Positions 39,570-52,600 of a stretch of 64,000 bases of DNA are shown piece by piece (the first letter of the stretch is position 1; each line of letters starts with the position of its first letter). The stretch covers positions 25,110,001-25,174,000 of the forward strand of contig JBHGNT010000004.1 of assembly GCA_043228905.1 (NCBI GenBank), given 5' to 3'. The position numbers were made by a program, and so were the translations under genes. The notes under the pieces are model-generated. The model ran no database searches, was not told the origin of the DNA, and saw only the letters and a program-made list of their open reading frames with translations. The DNA is from Azolla caroliniana (Eukaryota; Plantae; Polypodiophyta).

Positions 39570-42500
39570 GCTCTTGTTTCACCAACTCAAGCATGGTAAT
39601 GGGTGCACTTCATGCTGAAATTTTTTCCTCCAGGATAGCTTTTGTATGTTGTGCCATTGCTCTAGCATAGCTTGTTGGAGTTGATCAATTTATTATTGCA
39701 AAAAATTCTACCAAGCAATGGCAAAGTCATGACATCCAAAAAACAAATTTGACAAATCAATCCAAGTATTGCTTGGTTGCGGATGGCATATTGATTCCAT
39801 CTATATGCTTGTACGCTTTGGAGTTTACTGCCAGTGCGTTCATAGGTGCCTGCATACATAGGAATATCTATGTTCTTGAAGAAAGAGCATGGTTTTATTT
39901 ATTGATTATTTGCTTGTAGTCATAGTCAAGAAGAAATCAAGAAATTATATGTAAAGATTACAGCTTATATGATCACTTGTTTTTTACGTATAATGATTAT
40001 ATGTCATGTTGATGAAGAAACTACAATTAAAATTGCATTTGTGTATTAGAAAACTTCAAATTATAATCAAGAAATGAAGGAGCTTCATGAAAGTTTACAG
40101 CTCTTTTCATTGCTGTTTTTCTATATAATATATTATGTGCTCAGATTGTAATTAAGAAAGTTCTCAAGAAATATTTTTAGGCATTCTATGCCTCAGATTG
40201 TACTCGAGAAATTCAAGAACAATCACTGCTTTGTTTCTATGCATTATATTTATGCTTCAAATTATATTGGGAAAATCAAGAAGCTCGATGAGGATTTTCT
40301 TTTATAATGAGTGCTTTTATATATCTTACACCGCAGATTGTAGTGAAGAGATCAAGGAACTTCATGGAAAGTTTAGAGCTGAAGTGGAGGGGAAGAGAAC
40401 AGTACCAGTATCTTTACTAAGAAATATTTTAGAGCAATGCAAATCTCCTCAAGATACAGGAATGGCCTTTAGAGTGCTTCAGGATTATCGTGTTTATGTA
40501 AGTCGTAATCCTCATCTAACTAGGCTATAAATTTCTGGGAGTCATTTGCTGCCTTATTTGTTCTGCAGAGATCTTCGAAGAATCGGGTTAAACAAAATTT
40601 TAATGACAACATATCTTCATTGGCCGTTTTGGCAAGTTTGCGAACAAAGTCATATGATTTAGGTAGATATTATCCACAAATATCACATCTTAAATTGTAT
40701 GTGTTTTGATATTGTGCTCTCTTCAATTCATTTTTCTGCATTTGAAGATCTTTTTTTCTCACATGATATCTGAATACCAAGTTGATAATCACTTTTTTGG
40801 GTTTTCGCAGGTTTAAAGTGTCTTTGGGAACACAATGTCTATGGACTTTCTCCAACACTTGAAAATGCACACAAATTTTTGGTAGATATTTTATCCTCTT
40901 AAGCTCTTTCTTGTGATGTTTTTGCTCATCATATCTTTACAACAAGTTCACAATATGCCACACTGAATTTTCATATACAAAGCTGAAGACAATTCCCTAC
41001 TTTGGTGATGGTTACTCAGGGCCATGCAAAAGAAATTCGAGATATAGACCTCATGAAGAAGGCTTACAGGACAATGCTAAAAAATTCCCTGATACCAACA
41101 ACACAAACAGCAGATATTATGATAAGGTGTTGCCTCTTGCAAGTAAAGAATGTAGACCTGTACTAAGATGCTTCCTCTATCATAGAATAATGTATATTTT
41201 ACTTTTGTGGCAAAATGAAGTCTAGAGTGTAGAGACGTCTAAACCAGAAGGTCCATGCTATTTGAGCAATATTTTTTAGTGTTTATTTAATATATTCCTG
41301 CTATGCAGTATAGAAATTCTGAAGTATAAAGAAGTTTAACTGTCTTAGAAAATTCCACTTCAACTTGTAGGATCTGCAAAGAGAAGGAAGATCTACAATT
41401 GATGTTTGATTTGGCACAAGAATTCCTGGAGAATGGCATTAAGCTTAGCTCTTCTGTGTTCGACATTTTGATTTCCACAGCAGCTAGCTTTGGTTTGCTC
41501 TTAACTTTTTCTCTCTGGATTGTCATATCTTTGTGTCATTCACGATATAAGAAAAAATACTTATGGCAATGATTTCGTATGGATTTCAACAGAAAAGAGT
41601 GGAACTGGAAAAAGCTCTGATATAGTTTCTAGAGTATTTTAGCTCCTTCAGTGTGTAATCTCATCATGTGATGATTATTATATTCTAGCTGACTAATCTA
41701 CTGACGAAGTCAAATTTCTGGCGTACTCGAATTCAAGAAATACAAAGTTATATTACCTTTCATTGTTAATGCATGGGCACTTCCAACCTCTGAAGGAGTA
41801 AGGTTAATTTGAATTTAGAATACACAAACACCACAGCAATGGAATGACCTCATTTCATATAATTTAAAACTGATGATTGATTTTATGTCAATGACCATAT
41901 GAAGAAACATTACATGTGGTTCTTGCTGTCTTGTATGATAAGTGTGGATTTGTTAGATTCTGAGAACAAGTTCTTGAAAATTAATAGACAAGTGAAGTTG
42001 CCTCTGTAGACTGATGAAAATTTTACATTTTTTTGAAATATCATGGATATGTTTGTAATGATGAAGCCCAAAGATTGCTATTGCCTTTAGAGGATTTCAC
42101 CACTAATTATTATGTACTTATGTTTTGTATATTTTTAGGCTCTGTGGAGAACATTTTCAAAGCACAAAAATGGAGAGAGGAAGCAGGCATGAAGCATACA
42201 GTTGCAAGTGTTTTTGCTGTTGCAAAGGTATAAGTTAAATATATGAACATTATATTGAGCTTTATGTAGATAAAATAAAGCAATTTTAAGAAAGCCTTTT
42301 TTGTTAAAGTGATACTGTTTGTTACTCGAAATGTTTTGATGCTTAAGTTGGCCATTCTTCTCTACTGGGACTTGGTCACATAGTTCTGCATCTTAACCTA
42401 TTAATGTCACATAGCAAACACTTCTAGTTTAGAGTTGTACGAAACTATAGAACACAGTTTTCGTTATTTATCCAGATGGCCGTAATCAACCTCAAAAAAA

Positions 42501-44161
42501 GAAGAGAACTTGGGTATTTCAAAGTTTTTCCCCCATAATAACTATCACAGAAGGTGCAGGGAGGTGTTAAGTAGAGGGTGGAATTCTGAGCTGTGGGATC
42601 TGAGTTTGGATATTTTCTTATTGTTTAAAAGAACCTTCTGATATAGTTTTGATATTTCCTGATCTATTTTTTGGATAAAAATATTTCTCAGGCACATGTG
42701 TTAGAAGGAAAACCTCTGGTTGGCGCAGATCTTGTTGCTGCACATTGTCAGGTTAGCGGTTTTTTGGTAATTACAGTAGGGCAACTTTTTGGTAACTGAC
42801 CATATGTATTGTTATCTTGGTGTAGGATAAGGTAAAACTGAATAAATATCTGTCTATGCTGGTCAAAGTTTGGCCATCAGAGCTCTTTGCAAGGAAAGAT
42901 CAGATAATTCCAGAGGTAAGCTCTTTGTTTGGCAGTTAGTTCTCATTTAGAATTGTCCAGGTTTTCTTTAGTTTGTCCTCTTAAAGCTGCTTTTTAGCTT
43001 TGAAATTTGTGTATTTGATTATATATCGTCATAGATGATTATATTTAAATTTTTTCCCGGGGTTTTATTGATGGGTATTTATAAACTTAAAAAACCTGGA
43101 GCCTGATAACTTGTTTGTATATATACATTGATATAGTCTGTAAGACATTGTTTGTCAATATAAATTTGTGTGTTTCTGTAAGAGATCATCCTATTCCAAG
43201 TCTTCCCATTATCACTTTTTGGATAGTGTGTAACTGAATTCATTTCTATAAATGTTGCAAACTTTATGATTAAAACATACTCGCATTGGTCAGTTTTGAG
43301 ATTCTTAAGGGATACGCGTGATCATTCCATTAGGGTTCATGAGAAAGAAAGGTGTGTCTATCAGTTGCAGCCTGGGCTATTATCTTGTAGAGAGCATCAC
43401 TTATCATATACACAGCACTTCTGAGGTGGCTAGGTTTGATTGAACTGTGGTTCATGAGAAAGTGGGATGAGCATATTAGATGCAATCTTGTCCATTATCT
43501 TGTACCAATAGCCCTGCTAGCCCCCCTGCAAAGGATCAACGAACATGTTCAGGAGCCCCACACACTTGGCACAAAAAAGTGCAAAAAGGAGTATAATGAA
43601 GGTATCTAGGGTCCTAAGCTTTGCCATTTGCAATTTCAAAAAGAAGAAAATGAATGCCTGAAACAGATGTTTTAAGTAACTATAGCATTGTTGTGTCAAA
43701 TCCAAGAAACTGTTTTCTGTTTTTGAAATACTCATTTGTCGCAACTCGCAATATACATATTTTAACAATTGTAACTCTTTGATTTTGTCTCGTATGAAAA
43801 TTATGCTCTTTCTAGGCAGACAATAATATGTACACATGCTAATATATCTTCTGGTTTCATATGTTAATATCTAGTCAACACATCTTTTCTAGACGAGATA
43901 TGTTGCTAATGGAAATGTACCTTTGACAGAGATCATCCCAGTATGAGTTTGACTTAAAACAGTGCTTAACCTTTTTTTTGTTGTCTTCCTCAGCAGGATG
44001 CCTTACCAGGACTAAAGGAAAATGTAGTGTCATTTGCAAAGGCACTTTCAAAAAAGTTTTTTGGTGTGAAAATAAATGCTGATGAAGAGTTTGGTAAGGG
44101 AAATCCGAAGCTTAAGGACGATGGTAGTGAAGATTTTCAACCGCTTTCCGCTGTATCATGA
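38060..44161 (+). CDS. Mitochondrial PPR-like protein of the At4g15640/At3g21465 family (mitoribosomal rPPR10/mS83-like), ~372 aa, 11 exons
   Basis: Exons 38060-38149, 39401-39470, 40337-40497, 40569-40662, 40811-40881, 41020-41126, 41371-41492, 42139-42227, 42692-42751, 42826-42915, 43997-44161 (1119 nt, in phase). Presequence-like N-terminus. LWEHNVYGLSPTLENAH, TADIMIRIC, HTVASVFAVAK and LVKVWP match the family as I recall it; not search-verified. Telo-box at about 37985. Confidence 0.82.
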
Positions 44162-45139
44162 AAATAGTTCTCTTTCTTCATTTTTTTTTTTGGGAGGGGG
44201 GGCGCGGGTGTTGTATGTATGTTCAGCAAATGAATGTTTTCCATACTTGGGAATGATAGTGTTAACAGAAAAGAGTGAGAATATGAACAATTGATTCACT
44301 TTAGGACATAAATCAGTCATATGGGTGTTAGTATAAGTAGCATGTCAAAGTGTACCCGCATTTTCGTTTCTATTTATTTACGATAACTTTATGGCATTAA
44401 TAACTTTATTGAATTTCATAATTGTAAATAACCCCATTGGTTATCTATATATATTCTTTGTTTCCTGTGGTTACTTTTTTTCATAATCAATTCAATACTC
44501 TTTAATTAGTTGAATTTGATTGGCATTTATACAGTGATTGAACATTGGATTAGTTGGAATAATGATTAAAACAAATTATGTGATTGAAACATTTTATTTT
44601 GTGATGAAGTTACTCTACTGAGTGAATCAGATTAATTGTAGAGTACAGATAAAATATAGGATGAATTAGTTGGGAAAGATAGTTATGGTAACGAACATTT
44701 AGATGACATATTTAATGTAGTAGAATAAAGTACTTCGATAGGGAATATTGTCACAAATTAGTATAAGTCTTCATTGAATGCAGCAATGCAACATCATAGA
44801 ATAAACGTTTGGTCTCTCCCCAAATAAAAATTAGTTTCCTCTATTCGTCTCCAACTGCTCCAAACCTGATTAGAAGCATCTAGTAAATTCTGGGTAAACC
44901 TAGATGAGAATGTATTGAGAGAGATGGGAACTGAAGTCTTATTATGAACTTAGTATGCATTCCAATAACATTTCAAGAAATCAAACATAAAAAAACATGA
45001 GTTATGGTTCTCTTGGATATGTCTTCATTCTTTACTATCAAGGGTGGATAGTAGAACTTATGCATTTTCACCACTTGCAAGGTGACCGATCTTCAAGTAT
45101 TGACTTGAGAAAAATATAAACATGCTTGGATTTGTGATA

Positions 45140-45550
45140 TGCTTAGACATGGATTGTGGGATACCTTGCGTAACACTTGAAGCACAAATTTGGTAAAGCT
45201 TTTACATAAAGGGGAGACATGAATAATGTATAAACAATTGTGGGACAATTATGGTCAATTCTACAATGGAAAATACGTAAGAATATATGCAAAAGCTTGT
45301 AAATGTACAAAAAAACTATTGCATGAGTAGTAAGTTGAATGTCAATATCCCCAAAGCAAGGGCAATACTTTTGAAGACTCTCAAAAATGCATTGTGTACA
45401 ATAATAAGCCATTTGAAAGAGTACATCCTTCATGTTTCCCCCCAAACCATTGATGGGAAAAAATTGCAACTCATCGTTAGGAAGTGTGAAAGTGGGCTTG
45501 AGAACATATCCAATGGAGAATAAAGCAAATGTCAAGTTCTTAGAAAATAA
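45140..45550 (-). mobile_element. Possible degenerate LINE ORF1 remnant
   Basis: Minus-strand YVKALPNLCFKC resembles the YxxLPxxCxxC zinc-knuckle start of plant L1 ORF1; the rest is decayed. Confidence 0.3.
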
Positions 45551-46615
45551 TATACTTGATATTTTGTTGACTCTAGTTCTCTATGGGGGGTGATAGCATC
45601 GCTAAGCTCACTTGGAAATAGGTTAAAAGTATTCATGTTTGTTTTCTTATGAGCTTTCATCAAGTTAGAGATACAAACATCACATGTGGTTTTACTTCTT
45701 CAGATAGGGTCTTTCACGTTGAGATCGGGGCAAAGAAAGGGTTGAGGTGTGCATGCTTAAGATAGAAAACAAAACCTATAATTGAATTGAAAGCAAGTAA
45801 CGAAATTCAAATACACACAAACGACAAAAATATTGAATTATGAATGGATACAAGATATGCAAGAATACTTGAGAGAGTATGGGATGCACTACGCTTGATT
45901 CATGATGCATCCATACATTCCTCATGGGACGAGGTCTTTTGGCCAACTTCAAATTATCACAACTTAAGAAGAGATTGGGAAGCTCACACTTCACACACTA
46001 TATTGCGTATGTAACATGTACCAAACCACAAAACCATCTTCTTCACCAAATGAGAAAATCACACCATTTGGAATGCAAACCATCACTCCTTCCATATAAC
46101 TCAGCACGCCACCTGTGTGATGTGAGGCAAAGCGTTGGGGAACTAATGAGGAGACCCATTGATCATGGATATGTGTGCCCACAAGTTTGCGAGGCCGGTT
46201 TAGCATCATGCTTTAGTGCAAGTGGTTGCACATTCAATTACAACATGATGTTTGGTTTCCATATATATATGTATATATGTTCAATCCAACTTATCCCTAC
46301 ACACACTATTGTCCTTGACCAATCTGAATCACGATGCTACCGGAATCCAATTTTTTTGGATAGAGCGCGAAAATGCTTCACTTTGCTCGAGCGAAGATAA
46401 TACATACATAAGAATCTACACATCTCTTTTTTGTTTTTTGTTTTCTTCCATCTATTATTATCCTTGACCCTTGATTCTTTTGCATTTTTGTTTTCCTCTC
46501 TTTTCACAGTTCTTCTCTAGTGCTGAGTGTTAGTGTGAGTGTGAGTGTGTGACATGTGTGTGTGAGTGAGAGAGAGATTTTTTGTGTTCCTCTTTTGCTT
46601 CTCGGGTGCTTGACA

Positions 46616-49600
46616 ATGGCTCATCAGAGCTCTTCTTCTCTGATCAGCACTACTAGGTCTGCTGCAGAGCTACCCGTCACGACGATTCTTTCTTCTTCTT
46701 CTTCTTCTTCTTCTTCTGGAATAGGTCATCAGTGTGGAGGTCTCCCCCTTAGAGCTTTCTCAGGATTACAACAAGGACATCTCAGGGTACAGAAATTACC
46801 CAAATCTGTAAAATTGTCACACCTGAGGCGAAAATGTATAAGGTAATCGATGCATCCATTTTGTAGGCATTGACATTGTCTTGTTGATGATTCAATACAT
46901 TTTCCATTGTATTTCACTATAAAATATCGTTCGATTGTTGGGTTTTACATTGATTGATGGCTGAATGTCGAAAAACAATCTTGATATTGATGGGTTGAAA
47001 TACATTGGTTGGTTATTGGGCTTCAAACCTGATTGAACCTCACAAGAAAATCTTGATAAATGGATGTGCAAAAATGGTTGACTATTGGATTTTAAACTGA
47101 TGGATGAATGAATCTCATAAAAATCCTGATATTGAGGGGTATGAATTACGTTGGTCTGAATCTTCACAAGAAAATCTCGATTAATGAATTTGCAAAGAAT
47201 TTGTTTATTGTTAGTGTTGATGGGTGTGAAATACATTGGTTGATTATTGTGCGTTAAATTGATGAATGATTGGATCTCATAGAAAACCTATGAAAAACAT
47301 TGATTATGATAGACTTTGCATTGATCTTGATCAAATGTTTTCCATGGAACCTTAGGAGAATCTTGATTACATGAGTGCAAAACATTGTTTTATGGGTGCA
47401 GAATATTTCTTGATTGATGATTGAATAATTTTCATTTGATTTCTCACGAAATCTTGATCAATGGATGTGTTCGGATATTGTTCATCAAATCTCACAAGAA
47501 GCCTTGGGGTTTCACAGTGTTTGGTTAAAGGAATGTAATTAATTATTCAAATTCACGAGAAAATCTTGACTCATGTGTATGAACTAGTTACTATATTTGC
47601 AAGAATGATTGATCAATGGTTATGATTTCACGTTCCAAGTTTTTTCCAATTTCTCATAAGAAGATCTTGATTGATGGGTGTGCAAAATTTTCATTGACTA
47701 AGATTTTAGCCGTTTCCATTCCCCACAAGCAATCCTGATTTATTAGCATTCAAACTATGGATTAAGGCTGTGGATTGATTGTGCAATAATTTCTATTTCT
47801 CACAGGAAATCTTGATTAGATGTGTCCAAAGCATTGATCTAATGGCTCGAAATCAATTCATACTTTTGCAAACCATTGACTGATTAATTTTCTCTGAATG
47901 TCCCCACTTCTCACAAGACTCGTTGATAAATGGGTGTGCAAAGCATTGATAAACAATGGAATTGTCAACACTAATGTTTGAACATGAATAATAATAATGC
48001 ATGCATTTTTTGGGGCATTATCATGTATGATTTGTTCCACCAGTAGTATTTGCACGAGTGATGGTATTCTCTTAAAAGGTGTAACCCTGTCCAATGAGGC
48101 AAGTAACATGTATCTGTTTCTCAAATCTTCTCAGGATTATAATGTAAATAGTAACCGTGTAAACATTGTGTTGAATCTACAATTTTAATATATAATTCTT
48201 CCTAATAATCTTCTCAGATTTTGCTATTTCGTGAATGTGTTGTCCCATTTCATTAATTCATCTTGGGAAGGATAATGTAGATCAAAATATAATGAACATT
48301 TTTCTAAATTTTCAAATTTTGGTATATAATTTCATGTAACTTGAAAGTATATGGCACTGCGACACCATAAAAGCTTGATGTTTGCTCTTTTTTGCATGTT
48401 TTTTTGAAAATTTTGATATGCTAAATGTAGTCTATGCTTAGCAATTATAATGCCAAGGTGTACCAAGTTCTCTTCATATAATCAATGTTTATGTTATTTC
48501 TAACTAGTACTTTGTTTTTTTTGGGCTTGTTATGAAAGACTTGTACATTTGGGATTTATATAGAAATTCGTGCTGCAATATCATAATCCTGAGATTTTTT
48601 TTATTTTCTTATCATTGTGTGCTTGGCAAGAGTGAATTTTGGCAAAAAATCTGCAATAAAAAAGGCGTTTTCTGAAGCTTGAGCATTTATGTATGCCGCA
48701 CATTGGGAGGGTCCTTGACATCTTAAATAATACATATCCATTTCTTGGCGCAGAAAACGAATTGACTTCTTGAAATCTGCAGTTTAAAAATAGTATGGAA
48801 TGCAAATGTTGCTGCTTTATCGTTTATTTAGATTTTCCCTCAACGATCCCTTTATGTTTGCTATGTTTCTCATGATCTTGGTGGGCATATTTATGCTCTA
48901 TTATTTTCTTATTTCTAATTCTAACCTGAGATGCTGTAAATATTCTTTGTGGTTTTCAACTCACTGTGAGGTTTTCCATTAGTATCTCTCAAAGGTTGTG
49001 GAGTTGAGTAGCATTCAAATATTTGAAAGTATTACTCAAAAGTATCACTCCACTTCATAATCCTTTGCAAATCAAGCACCTCTGGATGTTTTTTATTTCT
49101 TATTTCAAGAATCCTATTAGGAAAAGTCATGATGATAGCATAGAAATAAAGCTAGTAATTGCAATTTTGATTTATGATTTCATCTCATTATTCCCCATTT
49201 GAAGGCTTATGTATTAGTGCAGCCACATTACAATTCGTGATATATTTTCCTAATTTCTTGTTTCCGAATCTAAAATTTGAAGATTTCATATTTTTCCATT
49301 GCATATAAAAATCTTGCTTGACAAGGATGAGTTGGTTCATAAGCAAATTGTTGACCATTCCTGACATCATAAAATTATATTGAAAGGATTTTCTGTATGT
49401 GTGTGAGAATTTGATCCTGATGTAATCCATGTTTCTTAGTTCTATGGATTATATTCAAATGATTACTACCTTTCGGATATAGGGATTCAACTCTAAATAT
49501 TCGTTGCAATTCAACTAAAGTGAAGGTAAAGTTGAGATTGGATCATCAAGTGGAGTTTGGTCAGCAACATGCATTGCTTGGCTCATCCCCATCCATGGGC

Positions 49601-52600
49601 ACCTGGAAAAAGACAATACCAATGGAATGGTCTGAGTCAGGATGGTTCGTTGATTTAGAAATTGATACCGATGAGAAAATAGAGTTCAAATTTGTTATTG
49701 TTCTTGAAAATGAAGACTTGATCTGGGAAGATGGTCCTAACAGAGCTCTAGAACTACCAAAGGGAAGCACGTTTGAACTTCATTCTAAATGGAATGATAC
49801 CAAAGGTGGTACAATAGTAGTTGGAACAAGCGAGAATGAAAATGATAGTGCAAATGCGATGCAAGGACTGGAAAAATCTGTTGAAAGTAGAGAAATGCCA
49901 CTTAATGCAGTATCATCAACAAATGGAGGCATCTCTATAACTGATGAACCTGCAAAGAGTGGGGCTGATGATTTTCAGACTTCAAGTACCTTTGTGCAAG
50001 AATGGCAAGGAAGGAACATTTCATTTATGCGTTCTAATGAGCACAACAGAGAGCAGAGAGGTAAATGGGATGTGTCTGGCTTGGAAGGATCAGCCCTTTA
50101 CCTTGTAGATGGAGATAAAAGTGCAAGTAATTGGTGGCGGAAGGTAGGTTTATGGATATATTTGGACGAAGAGACTCACTCACATAATGCTTTTGAGAAA
50201 AGAAAACTTAATTCATCAGACTATTATTTTCATCATTATGAAAATTTATAAATTTGTGTGCAGCTGGAAGTGGTTATTAATTTGATAACAGGTGACTTGA
50301 TCAAAGAAAACCGGTTAAACACCCTCATTGACATGTCAATATATTTGAAGGTAGTATTTATAGCTACTCATTTATGGGCCTTTCCAGGTTGGTGCCAGGC
50401 TCACATTTTCATCTTATGTTTTACAGTGGATAAATACAGGCCAAATACAGTGCTTTGAAGATGGGGGTCATCATAGGCCCAATCGACATGCAGAAATTTC
50501 TAGGCGTATATTTCGGGAGCTTGAAAGGATGGCTGTTGAGAATGATCTCTTACCTCAAGTGTGTAACTTCTAATCCTTGTATTGCCACAATGGGAATTTC
50601 TAGATTTTTTCAGAAGCATGGAATGTTGTGGTGTTTGTGTACTTAGCCAAATTCTTGAGGGTTAACAAGGGTAGCTTAGGAAGTTTTGCTAATATATTTG
50701 TTTTTATTTTGGTATGGTCTTGTGCAAGATGAGACAACATTTTCAGAAGTTATCTCCTGGATGGCTACATAGGCTGGTTTGGCCCCGTAAGGGAAGATTT
50801 TAATGTATCTTTCTTTCTGTGAAGATAGCACAATCATCTGAATGTCCATGAGGGGGAATTATAACCGCCTTGGGCATTAATAATATGAAAAATAAAGTGA
50901 CTAAATGGCTACTACATCAATACACCACATATATCCATTAATGTACTCATAACTTTCAATTTCTTTGAGATAGAATTTGAAGTGTTGCTTGATTGAATTT
51001 GAGCATTTGATGCAAAAACAAACTGTTATGAGTACCTGATTTTGCAAGTTTGTGTCAATCTTCAAGTGCGAGGAACTTATTGTGATTAAAATTTCTATCT
51101 CACAGGAACTCATTGTGATTAGAAAGATTCACCCATCCTTGCCATCTTTCAAAGCTGAGTTCACTGCCTCTGTTCCATTAACTCGAATTAGAGACATTGC
51201 GCATAGGAATGATATTCCACATGATTTGAAGGTCTGAAATCACCTGATCAATTCTTTCCATTTATTCATATATCATGTGATATTTATTAATTGAGAGTGC
51301 CTTTTGTTTGATCAATTTTTAGCAAGAAATCAAGCATACTATACAAAATAAGCTGCATCGAAATGCTGGTCCTGAGGATCTTGTGGCAACTGAGCTCATG
51401 TTAGGAAGAATAACAAAGAAGCCTGGAGAATACAATGCAGCTTTTGTCGAGGAGTTCAAAACTTTCTTTAGAGAGCTGAAAGACTTTTTTAATGCTGGCA
51501 GGTTAGCATCTTTCATATCCATATGGTTGATTTAATATGATCATTTTCTCTTGGATAAAATACACGAATACCTTATATGCACTTGTCCTATCATTCATGC
51601 GTTTCCTCCATTCTCATGGATATGGAAAACTGCATGATGTATTCCTGAGTTGGAAGGAGGGTGTATGGATAATGGAATGCATATGGTACATTCTAAGCTT
51701 TGGACATGAGAGTGGTCATAACAGGCCAATCACTTCCATTCCCTCATAATTTTCACTCAAAATGTTTTTGCAATACCCAATAAATTGTTCATAATGATAA
51801 TTGTTCTCTATTCTTTTCTTCCTCAAGTTTTATTATTTTTAATACATACTTAAGCCTAACTGTATAGTATATTTTGATGGAAACTTAGATGTTGAATCTA
51901 CATAATAATAAGAAGTTAAATAGATAATAGTTCATTCAGATAAATTAAATAGATTGACAATCTTTCCATGATTGTTTGCTAAATTTGACAATCTTCCATA
52001 CTATATATACTTGTAGATGTATATATTCATGGTAGACCTTGATCTTACTTAGTCCTAGACTTCTTCGAGGATGAGTTTTCCCATCATTTTCAGTACAAGT
52101 CATAGAAACTGAATGTGGTGATTCGTGCATGTAATGTTAGTTTACTTGACTGTTGAAATATGAACCTATACCTACTCTTGGAAACTGGTGACGAAACTGG
52201 GGATGCTATAGCGTCAATATGCATCAATCGATTAAAAAAATCCACTCTCACTAAGATGGACTGTAAATATATGCTTTTATTATAAGCTTTGTAATTTAAT
52301 AGATACTTTTTGTACTTTTATCTAATCATTATCGAGTAATGGCATTTGTAGCTTAACTGAACAATTGGACTCAATTCGGCCTTCTTTGGATGATCAAGTT
52401 ATTTCTATGCTGGAAAATTTTTTAAACAATAAAAAGGTATTTTTTTTCTTTATTATTGATGGATCATAATGTGTTTAAATCAGGGAGTGTGTATTTGAAG
52501 GAACTGGCATTATATATTATATTTCTGTGCTGGAAAATTTTCTAAACCATAGAAGGCATTTTTGTTTCTTTATTATTGATGGATCATAATGTGTTTAAAT

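Noticed and set aside
38060-44161. Adenylyl cyclase call used for some homologs of this family
   Set aside because: The sequence is helical and PPR-like with a mitochondrial-type presequence; no cyclase catalytic domain is visible.
46960-47960. CRISPR array interpretation of the motif-spacer pattern
   Set aside because: Repeats are degenerate, spacing is irregular, spacers are related to each other, there are no cas genes, and it lies in a spliceosomal intron.
48137-48240. Extra small PWD exon in intron 1
   Set aside because: Exon 1 joins 49483 in phase without it, and the candidate AG sites lack supporting coding similarity.
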